From positions 3,063-67,062 of IMG/VR virus record IMGVR_UViG_3300016476_000292: a stretch of 64,000 bases of DNA; one strand, given 5' to 3'. Position numbers and translations under genes: made by a program. Source of the DNA: a virus. Taxonomy: Duplodnaviria; Caudoviricetes. Each line of letters opens with the position of its first letter. The stretch's first letter is position 1. The notes beneath the pieces were generated by a model, which saw only the letters and a program-made list of their open reading frames with translations, was not told the DNA's origin and did not search any database. Positions 18,836-28,214 of this stretch are shown piece by piece.

Positions 18836-20392
18836 TTATGAGTTTAGTTTTAGGATGACTATGCCTGAACCGCCTGAACCACCATTTGTTGCTGGGCTGC
18901 CATCCCCACCAGCTCCACCACCTCCGGTGTTTGCTGTTCCAGAACCACCATTTCCAGTTCCTTGGCCAAAACTACCAACACATTTTCCTCCGCCAGCATA
19001 ATTCACAGAAATTCCACTAATTGTTGAAGCAGAACCATTTCCTCCATTTGATCCGATAGCATCTTGCCCTGCCCCACCACCTCCACCACCAACTCCAACA
19101 GATGGGCTTGCTGCCCCATTGTTTCCTTGTGATGGAGTCGTAACCGGCGTGTTTCCAGCCCCGCCAGTTGGCCTGCCGCCACTAGTAGTACCACCGCCAC
19201 CGCCACCAGATCCTCCGGCTAGGCCATTTCCACTTCCACCACCGCCGCCACCACCAGCAGACGTTATTGTAGAAAACACAGAAGCAACACCATTAGATCC
19301 TGCACTACCATTGTTTGTTCCACCAGCACCACCAGCACCAACGGTAATTGAGTAAGATTGCCCACCAACAACTGGAAAAGAAGTTCCAGTTCTAAACCCT
19401 CCGGCACCAGCACTTCCTGCATTTGTAGTTGAAGCACCACCACCTCCACCACCACCGCCAGCAACAACAAGATAATCCACGCTGGTAACACCGGGCGGAA
19501 CAGTCCACGAGCCTGATGCGTTGAATGTCAGTATTCCTGTCTGTGGAGCTAGATACTTGATGATGACAATACCGCTGCCGCCTGTTCCTCCAAGCGCCTG
19601 TGTATTTGGCGCGTTATACCCACCGCCAGCTCCGCCGCCTGTATTAATTACACCATTGCTTCCAGCAACTCCGGGTGATGGTGTTCCATATCCACCATTG
19701 CCACCACCGCCAGTGCCGCCCAATCCGTTGCCGCCAGATTGCGCAGAACCTCCGCCACCACCGCCGCCAGCATAAGTTGCCGATGTACCAGATAATGTTG
19801 ATGCGGCTCCATTCCCGCCGTTACCGCCTCTAGTAGCGCCGCCGGTTTTACCATCTTCACCGGCTCCTCCACCGCCCCCAGCATTTGATTGCGCAGACGC
19901 AGTAGCAGCACTCGCGCCGCCATTATTTCCTTGCGACGGGCTAGTTGCAGGGGTGTTCCCAGCCCCACCGGCAGCTGATGGTTGACCCGGAGCTGTTCCC
20001 CCACTAAAAGACCCACCACCAGATCCTCCAGCAAGACCAGAAACAGTTGTTCCGCCTCCACCAGCCCCACCACCGCCACCATTTGATGTAATAGTGGAGA
20101 AAATAGAATTGCCTCCATTACTACCAGTAGCATTTACACCAGCAGCACCTCCAGAACCAACCGTAATTGTGTATGTTGTTCCGGCGACAACAGGCAACCC
20201 AGAGCCAGTGCGGAAACCCCCGCCACCTCCGCCTCCAATTCCTCCACCGCCACCACCAGCCACTACGAGGTAATCCACCTGCGACACACCGTCAGGACAT
20301 GTCCATGAGCCAGAGGAAGTAAATGACAGGATGACTAAGGAATCTCCGGCAAGCGGACGCAATGCCTGCATTATTTTGGTGTAAGCAAACAT
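18836..20392 (-). CDS. Glycine-rich tail fibre/appendage protein with two tandem Gly-rich domains
   Basis: Two copies of F..SGSWT.P.GV..VDYLVVAGGGGGG...GGSGIVI(I/L)K. Confidence 0.75.
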   Translation of the reverse strand: MFAYTKIMQALRPLAGDSLVILSFTSSGSWTCPDGVSQVDYLVVAGGGGGGIGGGGGGGFRTGSGLPVVAGTTYTITVGSGGAAGVNATGSNGGNSIFSTITSNGGGGGAGGGGTTVSGLAGGSGGGSFSGGTAPGQPSAAGGAGNTPATSPSQGNNGGASAATASAQSNAGGGGGAGEDGKTGGATRGGNGGNGAASTLSGTSATYAGGGGGGGSAQSGGNGLGGTGGGGNGGYGTPSPGVAGSNGVINTGGGAGGGYNAPNTQALGGTGGSGIVIIKYLAPQTGILTFNASGSWTVPPGVTSVDYLVVAGGGGGGGGASTTNAGSAGAGGFRTGTSFPVVGGQSYSITVGAGGAGGTNNGSAGSNGVASVFSTITSAGGGGGGGSGNGLAGGSGGGGGGTTSGGRPTGGAGNTPVTTPSQGNNGAASPSVGVGGGGGGAGQDAIGSNGGNGSASTISGISVNYAGGGKCVGSFGQGTGNGGSGTANTGGGGAGGDGSPATNGGSGGSGIVILKLNS

Positions 20393-20401
20393 CAGCTATC
20401 C

Positions 20402-21361
20402 TCAGTTCGGGTTGTAGTTCTGAGCGTAATTTCCAAACCAGCTTGCGCCGTCTGCCGTGAACGTAAGTATGTCCATGCGGCTGGCTGTTGTGGTAATCGT
20501 AGGAGCCGTGTTGCTTACCCACTTTACGCCAGTAAAAGTGCCGGTGTAGTTACCAGATCCAGTCTTCAAGAACAGAATAAACGACTTGCCTGCGGTGTTG
20601 CTAGGCATGGTGAACGTGCAGTTTGCCGTCAGGTTTGCTGTGATTATCGTGCTAGTAGCGATGTTGATGGTGTAGGCATTGCCAGTGTTGGTGTAACCAG
20701 TAGTAATGCCCTCTGTATACGCATTGACTTGCGGATTATTGATAGTCGATGTGTTAATGGTTGCATTACTATGCGTCACACCATTTGACGTACCGCCGTT
20801 GATGGTTACGGTCGTGATCGTGCTATTTGTAATGCTTACGGCATTTGCACTACCGCTTACGATAGTCACATTGCTCTGCGTTACGCCATTTGATGTGCCG
20901 CCGTTAATGGTCACATTGCTAAGTGAAACATTTGCAAGAGAAGAAACAAACGTGACGACATCATTGATGTTTGTTCCATCATTAAAAACCAACGAGCTGC
21001 GCCCTGCTGGCAGCGTAAAGGTTGTGCCGGTTGCTCCACTGTTTGAACCGTTGGCAATAACGACAGGGAAAGTCAGGGTGTTGCTGACTAAGTACTGCTT
21101 TTCTATTGCTGGAACAAACAAGTGCTGTTGAGCAGCGATGGTACCCACCAAGTTTAACCGCAGGTTACGGGCAGTCTGCGTAGCGTTGGTATCTGTTAGC
21201 GCAATAGCCACGTTTGAGCTGGCAAAAGTGACGTTGGCAGAGCCAGTAATAGCTTCTTCCAAAGCTGTGCCAAGGTTGACGTTTGTAGTGGCACCCCACG
21301 TACCCGCCTGGTCGCCAGTACCGATCAGCTCGATCTTTAGCGCGGAATATGTACTTGCCAT
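20402..21361 (-). CDS. Tail fibre-like protein
   Basis: MASTYSALKIELIGTGDQAGTWG.TTN N-terminus; Thr/Asn/Ser-rich beta repeats; C-terminal KWVSNTAPTITTTASRMDILTF. Confidence 0.65.
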   Translation of the reverse strand: MASTYSALKIELIGTGDQAGTWGATTNVNLGTALEEAITGSANVTFASSNVAIALTDTNATQTARNLRLNLVGTIAAQQHLFVPAIEKQYLVSNTLTFPVVIANGSNSGATGTTFTLPAGRSSLVFNDGTNINDVVTFVSSLANVSLSNVTINGGTSNGVTQSNVTIVSGSANAVSITNSTITTVTINGGTSNGVTHSNATINTSTINNPQVNAYTEGITTGYTNTGNAYTINIATSTIITANLTANCTFTMPSNTAGKSFILFLKTGSGNYTGTFTGVKWVSNTAPTITTTASRMDILTFTADGASWFGNYAQNYNPN

Positions 21362-21370
21362 GATTCTTCC

Positions 21371-22279
21371 TTACATAATGGTATTTATGATCTGCCAACT
21401 TACGTTCTGACTATCATCAACAAACTCCCACAAGAACCTGCGAGATACCCTGTCTGTTGCGGTCACTGACTCAGATATCGTGACCCTGATCGTGCCTGTA
21501 ATCCCCAACTCTTCTGCCGCTGCGATCGCCTCTGCTACCGATGACTGGAATATTCCCAGCGAAGAAACAAGCTCTGACGCAGATATTGCCTCATTTATAG
21601 CATTCTGCAACACCACTTGGCCGCTCATCGACACACTAGCATTCGCGCTTTCCTCGATGAACGCCGGTACGCCAAACGCGCTTTCGATGGAATCGTTGCC
21701 AGTCAAAGTCTCAGACACAATCGCCGCGTAAGAAGGAGCGCCCGCAACCGTTTCACTCACAACAGCAGATTCGCTGACGTTAGCCGGGAACTGCGGCGTT
21801 GCCCTTACAGTCTCGCTTACCGTCACAGACTCTGCGATCGACGTGCCAAGTATTACATTCGTTCTGACAGTCTCAGAGCCAACTACAGACTCAATGATCC
21901 TGCCATTGATGATAAAGAGCGAAGAAACCGTTTCACTTACCGCCGCAGACTCAGCCGTTCTAGCTACAAGTATCTGCGCCGCTGCTACTGTCTCCGACCC
22001 AACCACTGACTCAATGATCGAATTTGGAATAATCTTTTCACCCGCTACCGCGTCGCTGGCAACTACAGACTCGGCAATGGATGCTTGGATTGCTGGGTTC
22101 TCGTTGAAAATAACCTGGTCAGATGCACTGACCAAACCACCATCACCTAGCCCCCAGCCAGCCTGCCCCCACTGACCGTTACCCCAGCCAGCATTCGAGA
22201 CGAGCGGATAGTAGACTGAACAGCCCCACCCTGCTTCGCCCCATGTGCCGCTGCTGTAGCCGCCATCGACAATAGCCAC
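21371..22279 (-). CDS. Virion protein with ~11 imperfect 20-aa repeats
   Basis: GTG start; repeat unit such as IIPNSIIESVVGSETVAAAQ; N-terminal GWG repeats. Confidence 0.6.
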   Translation of the reverse strand: MAIVDGGYSSGTWGEAGWGCSVYYPLVSNAGWGNGQWGQAGWGLGDGGLVSASDQVIFNENPAIQASIAESVVASDAVAGEKIIPNSIIESVVGSETVAAAQILVARTAESAAVSETVSSLFIINGRIIESVVGSETVRTNVILGTSIAESVTVSETVRATPQFPANVSESAVVSETVAGAPSYAAIVSETLTGNDSIESAFGVPAFIEESANASVSMSGQVVLQNAINEAISASELVSSLGIFQSSVAEAIAAAEELGITGTIRVTISESVTATDRVSRRFLWEFVDDSQNVSWQIINTIM

Positions 22280-22282
22280 TCA

Positions 22283-22459
22283 TTACTCCACGGCCACGAT
22301 CTGATCTGCCGTAAACCAGCGCTCTGCCGGCGTGCCGTCAGTATTAGTCCACTCGACCAGATAGTAGATGGTGCCGTCATCGTCCATACGCATTTTCGTG
22401 ATCGGGCCTTGCGGGATCACTGCGTTGACCTTGACGGTATCGCCTTTCTTGAAGCTCAT
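22283..22459 (-). CDS. 58-aa hypothetical protein
   Basis: Own translation (MSFKKGDTVKVNAVIPQGPITKMRMDDDGTIYYLVEW...) with GGAG RBS; below the track length cutoff. Confidence 0.55.
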   Translation of the reverse strand: MSFKKGDTVKVNAVIPQGPITKMRMDDDGTIYYLVEWTNTDGTPAERWFTADQIVAVE

Positions 22460-22471
22460 GGTTATCTCCTA

Positions 22472-23047
22472 TCAGGATGCGTCAAGGTTGAACGAGTACG
22501 TGATGTTTAGCACGTCACCGCTCACAACCGTACGATCACCCGGCGACTGGAAGTCCGACACCGAGAACAGCGTGCCGGAAGTGCCAGTAGCTACGTTGGC
22601 CACGAATGCCCCAGCGATAGTCGCGTTGGCGTTCATGGTAAACGATGCTGCCGAGGATGCGTTGTTAATGTTCGAAGGATCTGCCAGCGTAGCAGCGCCA
22701 AAGCTCAGAGCCTTGCGGTTGCCGCTGTAGCTGGAGTTCTCGTCCCAGCCTGCGTGCGATGCCAGGGTGTCTCCGCCAGAGAATGTGGTGGTAGAAGACG
22801 AGCCATTTACCAAACCGATATACCATGCTGCGGTATACGAGCTGCCAGTGAAATACTTGTTGTTCATGTCTTGCAGGCCAACGTTGACAACCAAGTTAGG
22901 GCAGATGTCTACCCACTTCTGGTTGCCCTCGCTGTCGTAGCAAGTTACGGTGAAGACGCCGCCAGCAGACATGCTCTCGTTAAAGCCATTCTTACGAGCA
23001 ACAGAGCCGTTGACGGTATCGTTTGCTTTGGATTTTTCAATAGTCAT
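22472..23047 (-). CDS. Putative virion structural protein
   Basis: 191 aa in the tail region; paralogous style to the adjacent 141-aa gene. Confidence 0.55.
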   Translation of the reverse strand: MTIEKSKANDTVNGSVARKNGFNESMSAGGVFTVTCYDSEGNQKWVDICPNLVVNVGLQDMNNKYFTGSSYTAAWYIGLVNGSSSTTTFSGGDTLASHAGWDENSSYSGNRKALSFGAATLADPSNINNASSAASFTMNANATIAGAFVANVATGTSGTLFSVSDFQSPGDRTVVSGDVLNITYSFNLDAS

Positions 23048-23056
23048 GATGACTCC

Positions 23057-23482
23057 TCAGTTAATACGAATCAGCGCACTTGACGCTGTGTCAGGTGGCA
23101 GGGTTACAGTAAAGGTGTTGTTACCAGACTGCGTTTTGTCAGAGCCAAAATCCAAGGTGGCCACTGACGCATTGCTTCTGGTTGAGTTGTAAATCAACGC
23201 ACCTCGCGCTGTGAACTCCGCCGGATTCCAAACGACATTTGCAAAACTTACATAAACGATGCCGTTGCTCGTCGAGTTGATGGTCACGTTCGCCAGTGTG
23301 TTTCCGCCTGCCGTGTAACCAACCCCCGAAATCTCATTTGTTGTGGTGTAAGCCTCTGTGTTTTCATTCAGATCAGCATACCCATCATACAAAGCCATCT
23401 TCAGCGTGTCAGACGCAATGTTCTGGCGGCCATTCAATATGTCCACCTTGAACTTGGTAGTCAGCCCTTGATAGATCGTCAT
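23057..23482 (-). CDS. Putative virion structural protein
   Basis: 141 aa, LKMALY...YTTTNEISG.GYTAGG..L...FTARGALIYN motif common in phage tail regions. Confidence 0.6.
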   Translation of the reverse strand: MTIYQGLTTKFKVDILNGRQNIASDTLKMALYDGYADLNENTEAYTTTNEISGVGYTAGGNTLANVTINSTSNGIVYVSFANVVWNPAEFTARGALIYNSTRSNASVATLDFGSDKTQSGNNTFTVTLPPDTASSALIRIN

Positions 23483-24162
23483 GTGACTTTCACCCTAGTC
23501 TGACCACTGCGGTACGCATCCTGACGTTCCATTCCATCACCGAGGCGCTTCAACTGACCCATGGCTTCGTTGTACTTTGCCTCAACATTTGCAATCACAT
23601 CCTGCTCGCCCTTCATGAAAAGATAGGCTTCGCGCAGCGCGCCATACAACAGGACAGGATCATAGTTGTCACCCAGCCACGTACGGCCGTCAGCCGCAGT
23701 AGTAATCGATTCTGGGTAGTAGTAATAGTGCAGCTCCGCCACATACGGCGCATCCGGGGTAGGGCCAAGGATAAACGTCAGTTCATCACTGACCACGCTG
23801 TTCGATACCGTCGGGCCGAAGATGGCGTAGTACTGCGGCAGCCCAGTATCAGCTGGCGTTGGATATGCCTCACGGATGTAGTTCACATCTTTGTTCAGCA
23901 GGTAGTGATACACCTCGGTTGCCGTGCCGTAATTCTCGATGACTGCCAGCGAGTACACAGCCAGAAAGTCTCCGGGCGCAGCAAGATACTTGTTGTTGGT
24001 AGACAGAATGCCGGTCTTATTGGCGCGCAAAGCCGGGATCTGAACCGTGTTGTACACACGGGTTTCAGTCTGGCGCAGGAATACAGGGATGTTGTCTACG
24101 AACGTCTGCTCGTAGTTCTCCGTGTACTCCGTGATTGCGGCAATAAGCTCGGTATACGTCAT
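23479..24162 (-). CDS. Head-tail connector / tail tubular-like protein
   Basis: 227 aa, MTYTELIAAI.EYTEN...LGPTPD..Y..ELHY...LLYGAL.EAY.FMKGE. Confidence 0.6.
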   Translation of the reverse strand: MTYTELIAAITEYTENYEQTFVDNIPVFLRQTETRVYNTVQIPALRANKTGILSTNNKYLAAPGDFLAVYSLAVIENYGTATEVYHYLLNKDVNYIREAYPTPADTGLPQYYAIFGPTVSNSVVSDELTFILGPTPDAPYVAELHYYYYPESITTAADGRTWLGDNYDPVLLYGALREAYLFMKGEQDVIANVEAKYNEAMGQLKRLGDGMERQDAYRSGQTRVKVT

Positions 24163-24413
24163 GCCATCGGGCCCCTAGCCATCACGCCCTTGGTCGCAGC
24201 ACCAGTGCCACGGATCTTGATGCCCGTAGTCTTAGTGTCCTCGCGGCCAGGATCGCCGGCAGACACGCGCTGAACGGCCGTTTTTGGGCCCAGCTTATCG
24301 GAAGGAATCTTGTTAGGATCCGGCACCTTCTTCAGCTTCGCAGATACGCCTTTCCCGCTCATAGTGTGCGGCTTGGCATAACTGGACGCCGGCAGAATGT
24401 TTTTCTTAGCCAT
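24159..24413 (-). CDS. Small basic protein
   Basis: ATG 24413 with GAGG RBS; ends RGTGAATKGVMARGPMA. Confidence 0.55.
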   Translation of the reverse strand: MAKKNILPASSYAKPHTMSGKGVSAKLKKVPDPNKIPSDKLGPKTAVQRVSAGDPGREDTKTTGIKIRGTGAATKGVMARGPMA

Positions 24414-24421
24414 GCTTGACC

Positions 24422-24571
24422 TCACTTAGAGCCTTGGTTCTTCACGCGAGCCATGTTTCGACCGTATTTTTTCAGATCGGCACCGGTTACGCCACCTTTT
24501 TTCATGCCTTTGTGCATACGCTTTTCATGCGCCTTCACCTCGGCCTTGGCTACCTTCTTCATCTTGTCCAT
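24422..24571 (-). CDS. 49-aa Lys-rich protein with MKKGG motif
   Basis: Own translation MDKMKKVAKAEVKAHEKRMHKGMKKGGVTGADLKKYGRNMARVKNQGSK; AGGAG RBS. Confidence 0.6.
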   Translation of the reverse strand: MDKMKKVAKAEVKAHEKRMHKGMKKGGVTGADLKKYGRNMARVKNQGSK

Positions 24572-24580
24572 CGCTTACTC

Positions 24581-25003
24581 CTAGTTTATGGTCACACTCG
24601 CGACCGCCGTCTGCGCTACCAAGTTGTTGGGCGTCAGCCCAGTATCATTTGACCTAGATCCGCCGATCGGAGCCCAGCCCCACTGGTAGATCCTGCTACC
24701 ACCACCGGGGAAGCCATCTTGGTCTTCCGCCGTCCCAGAGTTGTATGCCGTCTGCACTCCTGTCATGCCTGACTGCCAGTACGACAAATCTGGCCGTGGA
24801 TCCCTGACTGCCTGAGCATCCGTAACCGGATACATCCCCAAACTTAATTGAGGTTGGTCAGGTTCCCAGCAAGTAGGACACACTTTGATTTTGACATTTT
24901 TTGTCTTAATCGTGAGTGTTTTCAAGACCTTCAACATATACCGAAAGCCGCAACGATCACATTCAGAGATCGAATTTTTGCCTGATGCGTACTTACTGGG
25001 CAT
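24581..25003 (-). CDS. Conserved phage protein with CxxC...CxxC
   Basis: ECDRCGFRY...VCPTCWEPDQPQL...DPRPD. Confidence 0.6.
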   Translation of the reverse strand: MPSKYASGKNSISECDRCGFRYMLKVLKTLTIKTKNVKIKVCPTCWEPDQPQLSLGMYPVTDAQAVRDPRPDLSYWQSGMTGVQTAYNSGTAEDQDGFPGGGSRIYQWGWAPIGGSRSNDTGLTPNNLVAQTAVASVTIN

Positions 25004-25496
25004 AGTTGTTGTTCTTCAATCTATTTTGTTTTGCTGGTATTACCTGCAAGTTTTCTGGCACATGCAGCCCAGAAACGGCTTTTCCTTGCAGCGGCACAAT
25101 ATGGTCTACGTGATAGTCAAAGCCAACCCGTTTCAACGCATCCCTGTACAAATACACACAACTAATCTCAAACCAATGTCCTTTATTCAGCCAATTCGGC
25201 GTAGCCTGCAATTTGACCGCCCGGTACTTGGCTTTATTTGCAAGCACCCTTGCAGCATGTTTCTGCCTAGTTTTCCTAGATGATTCTGCCGCTCTTTCAG
25301 GATGCCTTTTTCTCCACTCTTGCGTTCTTTTTACAGTTTTTTCTGGATACCGCTCGGCATATCGCTTGTTCTGCTCCGCCCATTTCTCAGGATTCGCTGC
25401 GCGCCACTCTTTTACCCTTTGATAAGCCTTCTCCCGGTTACGCTGGGCGTAAGCTTTTTGATATGCTTTCCTAGCCTCTGGGTCTTTAAGTGGCAT
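24993..25496 (-). CDS. Free-standing HNH homing endonuclease
   Basis: YHVDHIVPLQGKAVSGLHVPENLQVIPAKQN; AT-richer than its neighbours. Confidence 0.85.
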   Translation of the reverse strand: MPLKDPEARKAYQKAYAQRNREKAYQRVKEWRAANPEKWAEQNKRYAERYPEKTVKRTQEWRKRHPERAAESSRKTRQKHAARVLANKAKYRAVKLQATPNWLNKGHWFEISCVYLYRDALKRVGFDYHVDHIVPLQGKAVSGLHVPENLQVIPAKQNRLKNNNYAQ

Positions 25497-25499
25497 ACA

Positions 25500-26240
25500 T
25501 CACCTGTACGTAATCATGCGAGGAACCAAGCGGTCAGGAGCTTTTTCCCGATCTTCGCCTGACGCCATCTCCCATGCTTCGTCGTACTGCGCCTTCAAAA
25601 ACTGTAACCGCTCAAGGCCGCCAGGAACCTTCATCGCCAGCCTGTATGCCAGCCCGCAGATGATCGCCTCCTGAAAGCGGAACGGGATGTCCTCAACATT
25701 GACACCGTTGCCAGCGTCAAACATCCTGCGCAGCCGCCAGTACACAAAGTAGTAATAGGGAGTCTCTACCGTGCCCTGATCCGGGCTTGGCCACACGTTG
25801 ATCTGCGGATACTGAGGGGTTGCACCTACCGCGTCGCTCGTTTGCCCGCTGCGGCGGTTGATCCAGACTTGGATCGGCCGGCCTTGCGTGAGCTTGTTCG
25901 GGATCGTGGCGTAGGTGGAAACAGAGATTCGGTTGATGTTGATGTCCGACTGGGTGCCGATCTGCCCAGGATTGGTTCGAATAACATGTTCCAAAAGATC
26001 CACGGTGTCATTAGGTAGATCATAGGTAATCTGCCCCTGTATCAGCGGAATCGTGCCCTGCTCAATAGTCCACAGATTGATGCCACGGTTGGCCCACTCC
26101 GTCAGCAGCAAGTTCAGGCTGCGCCGAGCCGTGCGGAAGTCATAGCCAGTTCGCATCTCAAGGCCGCAACGCTCATACGCCTCTTCAAACAGCTCGTTGA
26201 CTGTCGGATTGAATGACGTCGTGGATGTGGTGTAGGCCAT
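25500..26240 (-). CDS. Head-tail adaptor / neck protein
   Basis: 246 aa, ELFEEAYERCG...TARRSLNLLLTEWANRGINLWT...WPSPD...LAYRLAMK. Confidence 0.65.
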   Translation of the reverse strand: MAYTTSTTSFNPTVNELFEEAYERCGLEMRTGYDFRTARRSLNLLLTEWANRGINLWTIEQGTIPLIQGQITYDLPNDTVDLLEHVIRTNPGQIGTQSDININRISVSTYATIPNKLTQGRPIQVWINRRSGQTSDAVGATPQYPQINVWPSPDQGTVETPYYYFVYWRLRRMFDAGNGVNVEDIPFRFQEAIICGLAYRLAMKVPGGLERLQFLKAQYDEAWEMASGEDREKAPDRLVPRMITYR

Positions 26241-26507
26241 TTACTTCTTCCTTGCTGCCCAGATGTTGTCCACCATATTTGGATAAGGCCGGCCTGCCGC
26301 CTTAGCTCTAGCCTTCGCGGCAGCTTTCTTGGTCGCGGTCAGCACTGATGGCTTACCCAGCTTAGTCGGACGCGGCCTTTCCCATACCGGCTTCACCTTC
26401 CCACCTTTGGCGTACTCAGTGAAGTCAGTATTGTCCCGGCGCTTCTTAACTACGCCCTTGGGCATCTTTGACTTGGCGATATCGCCCATGCCGCGCGACG
26501 GCCTCAT
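26241..26507 (-). CDS. Small basic protein (YAKGG motif)
   Basis: 88 aa, highly Lys/Arg-rich; AKARAKAAGRPYPNMVDN. Confidence 0.6.
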   Translation of the reverse strand: MRPSRGMGDIAKSKMPKGVVKKRRDNTDFTEYAKGGKVKPVWERPRPTKLGKPSVLTATKKAAAKARAKAAGRPYPNMVDNIWAARKK

Positions 26508-26508
26508 C

Positions 26509-27102
26509 TCAGCATTTCCCGCCGTACTTCATGCCCTTGGACGAGCCGGCCATGACAACCTTCTTGGCCTTGGTCTTGCCCTTGGTAGCCACACCATCAG
26601 CCGACTTGTGGCCAGATGCCAGCCCGCCAGAAGCCATTTTCTTGACCTTGCCGCCCTTCTTCATCGCGCCCATCTCAGCAGCCTCGTGCTTCACCATGGA
26701 CTTGGGAGCACCCTTCTTCTTCATGAACTCGACTTCTTTCTTGACCATCATCTTTGACTCTTTCATAGCTCCACCTTTCGCTTTCTTGGATAGCCCAGCT
26801 TCTGACAGCCCGATGGCGATCGCCTGCTTGGGATTAGTCACCTTCTGGCCAGATGAAGACTTCAGCTTGCCAGCCTTGAACTCGCGCATCACCTTGCCGA
26901 CCTTTGCTTGACCGCCTTTGGCAAATCGCTGCTGCTGACCCATCTGATCGTTCGGGCCCGCCTGCGCCTGCGGCTGCATGTTGAACGTCTGGTTTACCCC
27001 ACCGTTCTGGCCGCCAGCCTGCGGTTGGTTTCCGTAGAAAGGATAGGTTGGCTGCTGTACACCAGTCACGCCACCATCAGCAAACTTTTTGCGCTTTCTC
27101 AT
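26509..27102 (-). CDS. Basic multi-module protein with six xxGG motifs
   Basis: ATG 27102; KVMREFKAGKLKSSSGQKVTNPKQAIAIGLSEA module plus ADGVATKGKT module. Confidence 0.6.
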   Translation of the reverse strand: MRKRKKFADGGVTGVQQPTYPFYGNQPQAGGQNGGVNQTFNMQPQAQAGPNDQMGQQQRFAKGGQAKVGKVMREFKAGKLKSSSGQKVTNPKQAIAIGLSEAGLSKKAKGGAMKESKMMVKKEVEFMKKKGAPKSMVKHEAAEMGAMKKGGKVKKMASGGLASGHKSADGVATKGKTKAKKVVMAGSSKGMKYGGKC

Positions 27103-27365
27103 ACCATCTTTCCTCTGGTTTTGCCGCGTATTGCACAACCATCTGCGCGGGAAGAAGCAGTGCCACCCTTCGCATACTTAATGGCATCTTCTCCCAAAGC
27201 CTTTTTCTTCTCAGGCTTGCCGGGCAGCGTCTGCGGCTCAACTGATTTACCAGGCTTCGGCAACGGCAAAGGATCACCATAGATACCTTTTTCCATGCGG
27301 CGCTGGTTTTTCTCGTTTATAGCATCTCGACGAGCCTGCTTGACGTCCTCATCAGTAACAGCCAT
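27099..27365 (-). CDS. Small basic protein with C-terminal ASSRADG.A.RGKTRG module
   Basis: ATG 27365; C-terminus nearly identical to that of 27367-27954. Confidence 0.6.
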   Translation of the reverse strand: MAVTDEDVKQARRDAINEKNQRRMEKGIYGDPLPLPKPGKSVEPQTLPGKPEKKKALGEDAIKYAKGGTASSRADGCAIRGKTRGKMV

Positions 27366-27366
27366 A

Positions 27367-27954
27367 TCAGCACACCTTTCCACGGGTTTTGCCGCGCTGG
27401 GCGATGCCGTCAGCACGGGACGATGCGCTGGAAACTTTTCCACCTGACTTCATGCGCTTGGCAAACGGATTGTCGTACGAACGACCAGCCGACTCCATGG
27501 TGCCTTTGATTGCTCTGCCAACCCTAACCAACGGAGGCTCTTTGGCGTCTGACATAGATGTCTTGCGGCGCGACTCTATACCCGCCTCATCTACACCGAA
27601 GGACTGGCTGGCACGCTTGACTGGGGCCTTCTTGACTGTCTTTTTCGCCACAGCAGGCTTGGTTTCGCTACGTGGGCCGACGCCTTTGGACTCGGATTCT
27701 TCGAGATAACGCTTGGCATCAAAACCAGCCGCAATTCCTTTGGGGGCTTCTGACTCAACCTCAGTCTCCTTGGACTCGGTGATGTACTCTTTCGGGCCAG
27801 CAAACGGAGAAGTTGCTCGCGCACGACCGCCCAAGCCAGCATAATCGTCAGGAGCTTTAGCTTTTTCTTCAGCAATCAATCTTGGGCTTTTGGTCGATCG
27901 CTCTTCAATCTCAACCTCTTTACCCTCGGCGTAACGCTTGACTTTGCGCTTCAT
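27367..27954 (-). CDS. Basic protein with C-terminal ASSRADG.A.RGKTRG module
   Basis: 195-aa ORF. Confidence 0.6.
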   Translation of the reverse strand: MKRKVKRYAEGKEVEIEERSTKSPRLIAEEKAKAPDDYAGLGGRARATSPFAGPKEYITESKETEVESEAPKGIAAGFDAKRYLEESESKGVGPRSETKPAVAKKTVKKAPVKRASQSFGVDEAGIESRRKTSMSDAKEPPLVRVGRAIKGTMESAGRSYDNPFAKRMKSGGKVSSASSRADGIAQRGKTRGKVC

Positions 27955-28214
27955 AAAACTCTCCTGTTAGACTCAATCAGCTGATCCAGTTTGGACTCAA
28001 GCCGGTTGAACCGCTGGTCAATATGATCGGTAATGCGATCGACCTCTGCTTTGGTAACGTTATCCCGCGCGATTTCCTCACGAGTCTTGTTTATAAGAAT
28101 CGTGATACGAGCCAATTCTGAGAACTTTTCATGGGCGATGTACGCAAACAAGCCCACAAACAGCGATAGCGCGCCATTCCAGACAAGATTGATATCCACG
28201 GTTAGCATTTCCAC
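27951..28214 (-). CDS. Small membrane-anchored coiled-coil protein
   Basis: N-terminal hydrophobic helix followed by a heptad-rich segment. Confidence 0.55.
   Translation of the reverse strand: MEMLTVDINLVWNGALSLFVGLFAYIAHEKFSELARITILINKTREEIARDNVTKAEVDRITDHIDQRFNRLESKLDQLIESNRRVL

Noticed and set aside
18836-20392. GG-rich periodic DNA as another guide array, or collagen
   Set aside because: The period is 3 nt and explained by poly-Gly codons; there is no Gly-X-Y collagen register.
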